Shown here in pieces: positions 44,010-56,700 of a stretch of DNA of 64,000 bases (position 1 is the first letter of the stretch; each line of letters opens with the position of its first letter). The notes under the pieces are model-generated. The model made no database searches and was not told the DNA's origin. It worked only from the letters and a program-made list of their open reading frames with translations. Position numbers and translations under genes: made by a program. This DNA comes from Octopus sinensis (taxonomy: Eukaryota): contig NC_042997.1 in NCBI RefSeq assembly GCF_006345805.1, forward strand, positions 78,120,001 through 78,184,000. Direction: 5' to 3'.

Positions 44010-44299
44010 CAGCTGATACGATCAACGGAACAGCTTGCTCGTGAAATTAATGTGCAAATGGCTGAGCATTCCACAGACACGTGTACCCTTAACGTAGTTC
44101 TCGGGGATAATCAGCGTGACACAGAGAGTGACAAGGCTGACCCTTTGAAATACAAGTACAACTCATTTTTGCCAGCTGAGTGGACTGGAGCAACGTGAAA
44201 TAAAGTGTCTTGCTCAAGGACACAACGCGTCGCCGGGAATCGAACTCACAACCTTACGATCATGAGCCGAATGCCCTAACCACTAAGCCACGCGCCCTC
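44010..44299 (-). mobile_element. tRNA-derived SINE of another family with a CORE-like central motif
   Basis: Minus-strand head GGGCGCGTGGCTTAGTGGTTAGGG...GAGTTCGATTCCCGGC (A and B boxes), followed by TGTGTCCTTGAGCAAGACACTT. Confidence 0.75.
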
Positions 44300-44344
44300 A
44301 CACAGCTACTACTAATAGTAATACAGCTACCCCTGCTGCTTGCA

Positions 44345-44395
<51 letters not shown>

Positions 44396-44900
44396 GATGA
44401 TTAGCAAATACGACGAAAAAGCAACGATTATGATAAGCATGACCAAATAAACGTGATGGCTAGAGTCTCTAGGGCGAATAGTTATCTGCAACGAAAATTA
44501 ATTGTCTTTATCGAATAGTTAATGGTGTGATTTTTATCAATAAATGCATAAATCAATGGGTTACAAAAAGAAAACTCTTGTAAGTTGCATAATTGGTTGT
44601 TATTGTTCTTTCAACTCAGCAGGCAGGGAATTCCCTCTCTAGGCCTTTACGGCGTCTGTCACGTGTATGATCACGTTCAGCATGTGAGATAATGTTTTTG
44701 CCTTCTATTAGCATGAACACATAACTGTCACATTGTTTACCTATGCTTACGTTGAACGTTTAATGTCCGCCTACTTTATCAGGTGTGTTTGGGCAATTTC
44801 CTGAACACGTGCACAAGATTATATCTCAGTATATTTTCACATAAACATGATTGTTTGTCTATAGCATGAGCGTGAACGAAGCTAGGCTCAATTAAAAGTA

Positions 44901-46091
44901 TCAGGTCATCCCATAAGTTTTGTCCGAATTTTGAATAAAGAAAGCAAGTGATCATATGTGATATTTAATTGGACTTTAATCATCAATGTACTTTCCCTGA
45001 TTATGTATGACTTCTTTCCATCTATATACAAGCTTTTAAATCCCATCAATGTAAAACTCTTTTAGTTTCGACCTCCTCCTGGCTTGCGAAAGTTATATGC
45101 CCCAAATGATTCTGCAAACTACTAAATAAAGAGTAGTATGAAGGAGCAAGGTCGGGAGAATAAGGAGGATGAGGAATTTTTTCCCAACCAAGCTCTTCGA
45201 TCTTCTGTGATGTGATCTTTGCAGTGTGGGGTCGCGCATTGTCCTAATGAAACATCAATCCTTTTCGATTCACTAAATAGGGTCTTTTTTTTCTTCAAAG
45301 CTTGGTTCAAACGCTCTAATTGCTGACAGTAGACTTGAGCATTGATTATTGCATTAGATGGTAACAATTCAAAGTGAATTACTCCCTTGCAATCCCACCA
45401 GATAAAGAGAAGAACCTTTTTCACATGAAGTTCCCTTCTCCGTTGTGGTTGAATATTTTCCCCTTTTACCAAACCACTGTTTATGACGTTTAACATTTCG
45501 ATAGAAGATCCATTTTTCGTCACCAGTCACAAGTCTATCCAAAAAGGGTGAAATGAGTTCGCGAGAATGGAGAGAAGAGCAGATGTCAACTCGGGATTTG
45601 CGGTTGCTTTAGGACAATTCATGAGGCACCCATTTTCTATGTTTAAGAACCTTTCCATTTGCCAATTCTTCAACTGATAATGCAGGATTTTCTTCAAGTA
45701 ATGCCTCAAGGAGCTTATCATCAAACTCAACTGGACGTCCTGTTCGATCTTCACCTTCAAGGCTGAAATCTCCACTACTGAACTTTGCAAACTCTCTTCT
45801 GCAAGTTCTTTCATACAAGCATTCTTTCCCATATGTGTATGTTTCGAGTCGCTTCGGCTGAAGAGTTTCCTTTCTTGTACTTATGAAATATTATTTGCTT
45901 CAAATGCTCTTTGGATATTTCCATATTAGAAAGGGTTTTAATTAAAGAAATTTTAATTCTATTATTCTGTAAAATAATATGTAATTAGTTTAAATGGAAT
46001 TTTTAATTCCATTAGACATTCTAAAATACTATTAAATTTCATTCAATTTAAAAAAAAGGTAATATCGGACAGAACTTATGGGATGACCTGA
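44901..46091 (-). mobile_element. Mariner element with a decayed transposase
   Basis: TIRs TCAGGTCATCCCATAAGTT.TGTCCGA at both ends with TA on each side. Transposase motifs WVPHELS, TGDEKW, WWDCKG and YSPDLAP; several frameshifts. Confidence 0.9.
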
Positions 46092-46899
46092 TATTAGTAT
46101 TTCAAAGTACACAGGCATACAGAAGTAAGAAGTAAAAAACAGTTGCCAAAATAGTTTATGATTATGATACAGTAGAATTATATGGTTACAATACAGAAGT
46201 TAAAGCAATATTAAACGAAAGTAAATATCATATTAATAATAGTACTGGAGAACTTCGATCATTTATTTCTACACCTAAGAGATGCCCTCATTAAGGATGA
46301 AATACAATATTTCCTGGAGCCCAGGGTTCAGAATATATTTTATAGTATTTTTAAAATGAGATATATGACAATATATAATGAAAAGTTATAGCCACTAAAA
46401 GCATAGTTTAAATGACGCTTTAAATCGATGACTTGGTTACCAACATACTGAAGAGTACTCGAGCGTAGATACGCAGCCATATACGTACATATGTCGGGAA
46501 CACAGACACAAGAAGTTCAACAAGTAAACAAGCAGTAATAAGTTGTGCGAAATTTTAACGAGATACCTCTTAGACGTCACCCGAGGAGATATATCTGTAC
46601 CAAGGGATGCACCTCAACCAGCTGTACAGTATCCTACCTGCGAGGGGTCGATGCTTGATGGGTCGAAACGATTGTAGCAATCAATAAAGATTCACATATA
46701 TTTCATCTGCTGTCTCTCTCATTAATTACATACCCAACGAACACTGAGGAATTCTTGAGGTCGTTCCAGTGACATTTATAATAATACTGCAGATGACTTT
46801 AGCTAGTCATAGGCAGTGAACGTGCTTTACTGGCAAACTACCAGATGACTCGCGCCACCTCTATATCACCGAGGTTGAATCACACACCCCTATGCCTAT

Positions 46900-47165
46900 A
46901 TATACATACACACATGCATGCATACACTCACACATACATATACACATATATACACACATGCCCATATGTATATATTTTCACACATATACATTCACGCACC
47001 CACCTACATACATATACACATATACACACACATGCCCATATGTATATATTTTCACACATATACATTCACGCATCCACCTACATACATATACACATATACA
47101 CACACATGCCCATATGTATATATTTTCACACATATACATTCACGCACCCACCTACATACATTCCA
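46900..47165. repeat. Minisatellite of ~72-74-bp units, about 3 copies
   Basis: CACACACATGCCCATATGTATATATTTTCACACATATACATTCACGCA recurs near 46952, 47026 and 47100. Confidence 0.85.
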
Positions 47166-47709
47166 TATATGGAATCAAACTGTCTGCGAGCTGGCCAAGT
47201 TTTGAGGTGCCTGTGATGACAGGCTTCTGGTGAGATTTTCTTCCAACCATAAATTATACGAACTACGGCCGAACTCGACCATATGGGTGGGTGGACCAAT
47301 GTCCCTTGTGTGAGTTTATGTACGAGCGGGTAAGTGTGCGAATGTGTGTATACGCATTCCAACGAGGCAAGCTGGCTAAACAACCTTTAGCCAGCTAGAC
47401 ATTCGAACCTGCATATATATCTTTCCCTTAATTTTTCTAGTACCATTCATTTGTCTTAAACCCAGTGTAATTCAATCCATCCCTCTTCATCCATTTACTC
47501 TCTCTACAATTTTTTTATCAACAGTTATTTGTCTATATTTACAAATGTTTGCAATTATTATTATAGAAAGATAATAGTAATTGAAAATTGTAGCAATGTT
47601 TCATTCCATAAACAGACGGGTATATAACAACATGACAGCCGAAACTCAGGACCTTTAGCGAAACACAACATTATGTATTGATGTACCTGATGAGACACAG
47701 ACTACAGAC

Positions 47710-47773
<64 letters not shown>

Positions 47774-47977
47774 CTTAGTTTTTCCTTGGAGCTGGCCAGA
47801 TTGGAGCAATCTCAAGAATGATCAGCCGAAATTGCGGGGATAATCTGGTTCTTGACTGAAGATAGAAAACTTCGAATGACCCGTCCTTGTTTTCTTTGTA
47901 TCGTCTATCTGGATGTTTTGTTGTCCCTTTTTGTATCACCTAGTTGTCCAGATGTTTTGCGTTCTTTTCCCATTTTG

Positions 47978-48029
<52 letters not shown>

Positions 48030-48877
48030 TTCTTTATCTTTTATCTTTTATGGGTGTACCGCTTTTACTGCATCCGGGGACTTTTTCAGTATTGCTTCTG
48101 GTGAAATAGCGAGTTGGACGTTGCCGCTCTTCTTTGTGCCTCCTGCCGAGATGCGGGTTCATCCGGTATTGCAGATAAAAACTGTTAGACGTTTTATGAA
48201 GACTTCCATATCTACACCTTGCCGATCTCTGATGTTCTGTGGTATGGCACTAAAAAGTTGTGGTCCCTTGAATCCCAAGCTATTACGACATTCGGTTTGT
48301 ATCCTCGATAGGGAAGATGGGACCTTTGGTACTGTGCTGTGCCGTCCAGTTCGGAGATTGTTGTAGATTTCGATTCCGAAATTTGGAGCTAGACCCTCCA
48401 TTATTTTCCATATGTATAGCACTGCATATCTGTCATGTCTCCTCTCCAGCGAGTAGAGTCCTAGTTCCTTCAACCTCTCCCAGTGGCCCAATGTTTTTTA
48501 CTGAGTCTATCTTCTTTGTGTAGTGGCGTTGGATCGCTTCTAGTTCCGCAATTAGTTTTGCACTCTGTGTGGACACAGCTGGGAGCAGTAGCCCAGACGA
48601 CTGAGGACAAATGTTCTCCAAAGCAGAAGCATTATATCTCTGTTCCTGGTCCTGAAGAATCTAAGGAACGAACTTGCCACCCGCCTGCATAGTGTTACCA
48701 TCTGAGCAATGTGCACATGGCATCGTTGTTCATGTAGATTACCAGGTCACGCACCGACTCTAACTCTGGGATTACGTTGGCTGCTGGTTCTGTGTACTTC
48801 AGCTGTAGTTTGTTTGTGGGCTGAAAGCGAAGTGCTTGAAATTTTGCGGCATTGAACTGCATATTATTACAGAGATC
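48030..48877 (-). mobile_element. 5'-truncated CR1-like LINE 3' end
   Basis: NNMQFNAAKFQAL, FVLSRLGYCSQL, WERLKELGLYSLERR and GPQLFSAIPQNIRD. Confidence 0.85.
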
Positions 48878-49042
48878 TAAACACACCAACATCGGTTGTC
48901 AAGCGATGGTGGTGTGACAAACAGAGACGCACAAACATATACATACACATACACAAACATACATACATACATACATACATACATCATACATACATACAAA
49001 CATATAATATATATATATATATATATATAATATATATATATA
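48878..49042 (-). mobile_element. Left half of a SINE split by the large insertion
   Basis: AAACACACCAACATCGGTTGTCAAGCGATG..GACAAAC then (CATA)n/(TA)n; colinear with the intact copies at 42790-42895 and 63795-63910. Confidence 0.85.
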
Positions 49043-49126
49043 ATAATAAATATTAGGGAATAAATCCAAATTTACAGGGAAAAATCAGATTTAGGATTAA
49101 ATCGATTTTATAGTAAAATATTATAA

Positions 49127-52100
49127 AATATTATTCGAGACAAAACCACTATTTTGCAAAACAAACAAGGAAAGACTTAATCAATACATAAATTTTAATA
49201 AATAGTCAAAAAAACCGCCACTACAATCGTTTCTTGTCTTGATCGACAATCTTCAGGTGGACTTCCAATCTAAAAAATCAATATTTTAAAAAATAAAATA
49301 ATTTTAAAATAATTAAAGTATGAATGAAAAAATATAAGTATATAATCCATATATAACCTATCTATAATCCATATATAATCAATATATAACAATATATAAA
49401 CTAAAAAAACCTATCAACAATTAAATATAAAATATAAAATATAAAATATAAAATATAAAATATAAAACAAAACAAAAAAAATAATAATAATATAATATTA
49501 AACTATATATACACCCATACGCATATACCTAATTATATATAACCATATCTAACTACATACACTAAATCACACACCTATATATATATCCCTATACATACAC
49601 ATAAAAATGTCTAGGCAACTATAAATAAATAAAATAGCTAAATACTTCAACACAATACTTATTCATACTCCCACACACACACATACAACCCACATTCACA
49701 CTCTAGAAAATGGACATCACTCAAAACTATGAACGGAGAAATAGAATAAATGGAATTAAAAATTATATTCACTTGGTAAAACGAACACTACTTAAAAATT
49801 ATGAATGAAACAATGCAATAAAACAACAGACATCGCAAATAGACACAAATTACTACAAATTCCTTATCAAACCTACCATGATAACCAAAACTCATAAAAA
49901 CATATAATGATAAAATCTCCCTTTACTAAACTCTATAACAAACCTATATAGCAATCCCCCTAACCTAAACATTCACACACAAATACACACACGTAAACTA
50001 CACACCCACGACATATACAAATACCCACACCACTTACACATACCAATACATACATATAAACCTCAACATATACTCCAAAACCCACTCAACCCCACACAGA
50101 CAAATAAACACAAAAATTATGAATGGATTCTTTTATAAAACTACCATGATAAGCTAAAACTCACAAAACAGAAATGATAAAACCTCCCTTTACTAAACAC
50201 TAAAACATACTTATATATCAATTCCTTTAACCAATACATTCACACACAAAACCACTCGTAAACCACACACCCATAACAAATACAAACTCCCACCCCACTC
50301 ACACACACCCACAAGTACATATAAGCCTCAACATATACACCAAACAAAATTACTTTACCAAGGAACTTAACATATATATAAAAAGTATAACCGCTCTGGA
50401 AACGAACATCTCTAAATTAATGAATGGAGAAATGGAAGAAATGGAATTAAAAATAAAATTCACGTGGCAAAAACGAACACCACTCAAAAATTATGAATGA
50501 AACAATATAATAAAACAACCAACATCGAAAAAAGACAAATTACTACGAATTCCCTAAAAAAAACCATGATAAACCAAAACTCTTAAAAAACATATAACGA
50601 TAAAATCTCCCTTTGCTAAACTCTATAACAAACCTATATAGTAATCCCCCAAACCTAAACATTCACACACAAACACACACGTAAACCACAGACCCACGAC
50701 TTATACACATACCTAAACTAACTTATAAACCTCCATATACACCAAAACCCACTCCCTCCCACACAGACAAATTAACTCATACATCCCAAAACCTAAATAA
50801 CAAACCCATATACACATTCACACACAAAACACACACACACGCAAAACACACACACACACAACAGATACATATATTCCCTCACATATACGCATATACATAC
50901 TCACTAAACTCAATATATACAACAATATTTACGCACCCACACTCATACAGATAAATAAATTATACAACTAAAAACTCGCACACAATCTCATATACATAAA
51001 CACTCCTATGAAAACAACATTAAATACATCTTAATTAACCAGAATATCAAAAATAACAATATGACATAAAGGTAAATAAAATACATACTTACAATTCAGT
51101 GTCAAATTATGAAGTGAAATTAAATTCTTAGCCGTTAAAAAATCAAACCAAAATTACGTTACCATAGAAATAACTTATGTAAAAAAGACTAACAAACAAC
51201 TTGCAGTAACCCAATCCCATTCTCTATGCCTACCTCACTACTACACTATTCCATTCACAATTCCAAACAACACTAGTCCACCTCCCGGTTATTAACGTGG
51301 CAAAACGAACACCACTCAAAAATTATGAATGAAACAATGTAATAAAACAACCAACATCGAAAATAGACAAATTACCACGAATTCCCTAAAAAAAACCATG
51401 ATAAACCAAAACTCCTAAAAACATATAACGATAAATCTCCCTTTGCTAAACTCTATAACAAACCTATATAGCAATCTCCCTAACCTAAACATTCACACAC
51501 AAAAACACACTCGTAAACCACAGACCCACGACTTATACACATACCTATACTAACTTATAAACCTCAATATACACCAAAACCCACTCCCTCCCACACAGAC
51601 AAATTAACACATACATCCCAAAACCTAAATAACAAACCCATATACACATTCACACACAAACACACACACACGCAAAGCACACCCACACAACAGATACATA
51701 TACTCCCTCACATATACGCATATACATACTCACTAAACTCGATATATACAACAATATTTACACACCCACAACTCATACAGATAAATAAATTATACAACTA
51801 AAAACTCGCACACATCTCATATACATAAACACACCTATGAAAACAACATTAAATACATCGTAATTAACCAGAATATCAAAAATAACAATATGACATAAGG
51901 ATAATAAAATACATACTTACAATTCAGTGTCAAATTATGAAGTGAAATTAAATTCTTAGCCGTAAAAAAACCAAACCAAAATTACGTTACCATAGAAATA
52001 ACTTATGTAAAAAAAGAATACGCGTCATGGAAAGTAAACGTCATTTAAATTATGAATGGAGAAATAGAAAAATGGAACTAAAAACTATATCCACGTGGCA

Positions 52101-53292
52101 AACCAACACTACTTAAAAAAATTATTATGAATGGATTCTTTAAAAAACTACCATGAAAAATCATTATATACATCTATGAGCTTTAGCTCACCTTAGCAGC
52201 TCTAACAAACAACTTGCAGTAACCCAAACCCATTCTCTATGCCTACCTCACTACTACACTATTCCATTCACAATTCCAAGCAACGCTAGTCCACCACCCG
52301 GTTATTCACGTGGCAAAACGAACACCACTCAAAAATTATGAATGAAACAATGTAATAAAACAACCAACATCGAAAATAGACAAATTACCACGAATTCCCT
52401 AAATAACCATGATAAACCAAAACTCATAAAAACATATAACGATAAAATCTCCCTTTGCTAAACTCTATAACAAACCTATATAGTAATCCCCCTAAACCTA
52501 AACATTCACACACAAATACACACTCGTAAACCACAGACCCACGACTTATACACATACCTATCCTAATTTATAAACCTCAATATACACCAAAACCCACTCC
52601 CTCCCCACACAGACAAATAACACAAACATCCCAAAACCTAAATAACAAACCCATATACACATTCACACACAAACCCACACACACACAAAAAACACACACA
52701 CACACAACAGATACATATACTCCCTCACATATACTCATATATATACTCACTACACTCGATATATACAACAATATTTACACACCCATACTCATACAGATAA
52801 ATAAAATATACAACTAAAAACTCACACACAATCTCATATACATAAACACTCCTATGAAAACAACATTAAATACATCGTAATAACCAGAATATCAAAAATA
52901 ACAATATGACATAAGGATAAATAAAATACATACTACAAGTCAATTTCAAATAATGAAGTGAAATTAAATTCTTAGCCGTTAAAAAAACCAAACCAAAATT
53001 ACGTTACCATAAAATAACTTATGTAAGAAAAAGAGAGAATACGCGCCATAGAAATTAAACGTCATTTAAATTATGAATGGAGAAATAGAATAAATGGAAC
53101 TAAAAACTATATCCACGTAGCAAACCAACACTACGTAAAAAAATTTAAAATGAATGGATTCTTTAACAAACTACCATGAAAAATCATTATATACATTTAT
53201 GAGCTTTAGCTCACCCTAGCAGCTCTAACAAACAACCTACAGCAAACCAAACCTATTCCCAATTCCTACCTCACTACCACACTAATCAATTC
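49127..53292 (-). repeat. Left arm of a ~4.17-kb inverted repeat (PLE-like terminal repeat with internal tandem units)
   Basis: Reverse complement of 59259-63425 wherever checked (49141 pairs with 63411; 53292 pairs with 59259). This arm has an extra ~84 bp outward (49043-49126) and ~120 bp inward. Confidence 0.95.
49218..49260 (-). ncRNA. Minimal type I hammerhead ribozyme motif
   Basis: The minus strand reads CCAC-CTGAAGA-TTGTC(GATCAA)GACAA-GAAA-C(GATT)G-TA-GTGG: stem I 4 bp, intact CUGANGA and GAAA core, perfect 5-bp stem II, 2-bp stem III, and a GUA cleavage triplet. Confidence 0.8.
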
Positions 53293-53417
53293 CCAATTCC
53301 AAACAACGCTAATCCACCACCCGGTTACAATTCCCAACTCCACCCATTCATTACAATTTCAACGACATTCGCCTCCACACCCTACGCTACTTATAAGCCT
53401 CAACATATACACCGGAG

Positions 53418-53719
53418 ATACACTTACACATCCGTGCGGATGGGTGAGAGTATACATTGAGTGTGGTGATAGGGCTCCCATTACTATACACATTTGTACC
53501 TGTGTGGTAGTCTCCATGTGTATATTACGCACGGGTATAAATGCAGGGGGTACATGCGCACGTCATTTGCGTGTACCCCTCACATGTACATATGCATGCT
53601 ATTAGGGCTCGATATATGCAACAATGTAATCGCGCCCGCATACATGCATATGGGCGAATTGCACAATCAAAAAACGCACACGTGTGTGTGTGCGTTCCCT
53701 GGTTGTGCAATTCACCCAT
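53418..53719 (+). other. Block of five consecutive imperfect hairpins between the left arm and the HERC1 fragment
   Basis: Manual pairing: 53418-53453, 53461-53490, 53491-53543, 53546-53580 and 53589-53652, plus a nested stem at 53650-53719. Most imperfections are G-U on the + strand. Confidence 0.8.
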
Positions 53720-53744
53720 CTGGGTGTGAGTGGGTGTAATCTTA

Positions 53745-56700
53745 TCACTGTGGTGGAATCGGTCTGTTCCACCTCATCGATCTTCTCCATCAGTTCATTC
53801 TTGCGTGCCAGGGTTTGTTGATTGGCAAGTACAACTGGTACAAACCACATGTGTTGAGCCATATCATGAAACAATCGCTGGACAATTGTATCGAAATAAT
53901 CTCGATCCAGATCTTTAGGACATGCAGGGAGGATAACAGCCAGTAAGTGTAGCGCGATAAGACGAGTTCTCAGACTGCTGATTAATGGTAAACCTTTCTC
54001 GGAAAATTTTCCTGCGATATCAAGAAGCACACTGGTCCATTTTTTACAAGCCAAACGTGACTGGACAGGAACTGAAGCAGCAATTCTTCTAAGGAACACT
54101 AAGAAGTCACCAATAGCTATTTGGCTGGGACAGGATTCTTGCTGTATATCTTTCTCTTGAGAAACAGCTGAAGACAAGAGTTTTTCCAGTTGTTTCCACA
54201 GTAAATCCACAACATTCTGGATGACACCATCACTTAGTCTCTCGGCATACATCCCGGTGCCAACGGCAACGATTTGCAGAAGGTGTTGACAGCCCAGCTG
54301 GAGCATGTTGTTCAGCTGGAGGGAATTCAAGGCAGTTGGTGGTATCTGCATGGTGAGGGACACAGTGTGAGCATTCTCGCTGAGGCAGTAGAGGAGGGGG
54401 AGCAGCTGACCACAGGACACAGCAAGGGACAGGTCAGCTGGACAATACTTGTTGCTCATGGACAGCACAGTGGACAGGAGCAGCTTCTGCTTGGTGCTTT
54501 CCTCCAGTGTTTTAGATTTTGATGTCGTGACCAATGCCCCGACAAGCAGCTCATAGATTCGGTGGACTGCTAACTGCACCTCTTGTTGGCTTTGGGCTCG
54601 CGCCGCCTTGATCCCATCCTGATAGTGACTTCCGTCAGGCAGAGCTGATGTTGTTTCAAATGGTAAAGAACTCAATCCGAAGCAACCAGACAGGAACTGG
54701 AGATGGACAGAACTAAGTAGAGTGGTCAGTGTAAAATCTTCAGGTGAGCTGGTGTTGCTGTCCTGACTGTCAACACTGGACTGGCGATTGTTAGATGTTT
54801 TATCTTTCTCTGTGGACAACAACTCAACTATTTGGTGCAGTGAGTCAACACGTGATTGTGCCCTCTCTTGCTGATGTTCAAGGGATTTAGCAAAATATAT
54901 CTGATACATAATATGTTCGCCGCACACAAAGTGGAAAATGTCCAACATCAATTCTTTGATGCACAGCTTCCGACAGGTGTGATGTTCGTTCTCTTCGCCA
55001 AAGTATCCAGGTGTAATGTCACCAACACGTTCTTGGCGCCACCGGAGACGGCGCAAGATTTCTTTCACTTTCTGTAAGGATTCCATGCTGGTGTTTTCTC
55101 CTGAGAGAGGTGTAGCCGTACCATTGCATTGTGCAGCTGTGTAGCGCAAACCTCCATTGCCAGTGTTCTCGCTACCAGTTTAAGTTTCCCCGTTTGACTC
55201 CTCAATGTCATTCAAACAACAAAGGTTCGGAGAGCTACTTGTCCGTGTTACGGATTTCTTGTTCTTCCTCGGTGACAAATAAAGCCGTCTCTCTGTATTG
55301 TGGTCTTGTGCTACGTGGGACCGACTGCCGTAGATTGTATCAGACAAAACAAGCTCTTCATCTGCTAAAGGTTGTCTTACTCCGATAATAAGAAACACAC
55401 ATCTTTCTAACCAGGTGCGACAGATATCTTCAAAGGAACTGTCACCAGGAGATTCTTTCAACTTAGCATTGCTAGAATTATCAGCTTCATCTTTTATTTT
55501 CTCGAGTCCTTCGTCACTTTTGCCAGCTTCCCTGATGTCTTCCTCTTCCGATAAGCCATGGCCTCGTTTATGTGTTGTTATTCTGTCCGAATGTAAAAGT
55601 CCAGAGAATTTGGGGGCCTGATTCGGAGACAATTTATATCCAATAAGTCGACTGCGTGATTGATAAACCAGTCTATAAGCCATCACAAGACTGCGATTGG
55701 GTCTCTCTGTGGATTGGGAAAAGGAGAGGAGGTCACAGTGTTTCAGTAACGCTGCTAGCAAGAACCTGGATATTGTATCTAGGGAGACATCTTTCATTTC
55801 ACATGTATCCCAATCTTTTTTCTCAGCATACTCAAACATCATCCGTTGTACATGTTGCACCGGTTCCTTTGGAATGCCAAGACCAAGTTCCAGTAGGAAT
55901 ATGGTATCGGCATCGAAGTTGAGATCCTCGGGAATGTTCGCTTCGGAGGGTTTCGACGACAGAATCGAACACATACTGTCATGGATGATCAAATCTAATT
56001 CAGAAGCTTGTCTTTCAAGGCCATTGCTAAACAAACGACTGTCAAGCCACGTCGTATTGACTTTCTCTGAACTGGACAAAGGAGGACCAAGTAATAGAGC
56101 ATGTAATGACCGACCAACCAAGAGTGAACATGACCTTTCTAGGTCAAGTAGCCACGACCACTGGGATACAGCTGGACACTGAGATTCAGGTAGATCTGAG
56201 AGGTGGGGGTATTCTTCGATAATTTGGTAAGCTAAGAGGTTACGGTTGATTTTATCAAGGCATGGCAGGAAGTTGAGTAGATCATGCAACAATGGGGTGA
56301 GTGCTGAATGCTGAGGGAGTAACAACAGAGCGTAGATGACATGAACCAACATAGCGCCGGCAGGGGAATCAAACAGGATTTCTCCAACTTTCTTCAAAAG
56401 TGACGCGTTATCTTGTATATCTGCTATCATGTGGGAACAGCAGGTGATAATTTCTCCAGATAGTGGCAACATGAGAGACAAATGACGGTGGAGCACTGAA
56501 CTGGCACTGGACATGTCATTATTTTCTGAATTGTTGCGACAATAAGCTAGCAAATGTTTGTGCAAGGATGACAATAAGCTGTGCAGATGGCGTGGAGGGG
56601 AGCTGTTATCGACACACAGCAGTTGTAAAGCTTTATCACTGTTCTTCTTAATTTCATTCAAAGCTTGTACAGTATGGAAAGTGAGAGTCCTTAACACGGT

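Noticed and set aside
44228-44299. tRNA gene
   Set aside because: A and B boxes are present, but there is no clean acceptor stem or terminator and the sequence continues into a SINE body.
47370-47400. Helitron 3' terminus
   Set aside because: CTAG overlaps the stem instead of lying ~10 nt downstream, and no Rep/helicase is nearby.
47670-47880. Hammerhead from CTGATGAG (~47686) or GCAATC..GAAATTGC (~47807-47835)
   Set aside because: The core boxes could not be assembled with stems I and II in a valid order; at most these are fragments.
49400-53400. Mitochondrial insertion or control region suggested by the A/C skew
   Set aside because: No mitochondrial protein, rRNA or tRNA sequence was recognised.
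49700-53400. CRISPR-like array
   Set aside because: The units are 0.8-1 kb full-length tandem copies without unique spacers, there are no cas genes, and the context is eukaryotic.
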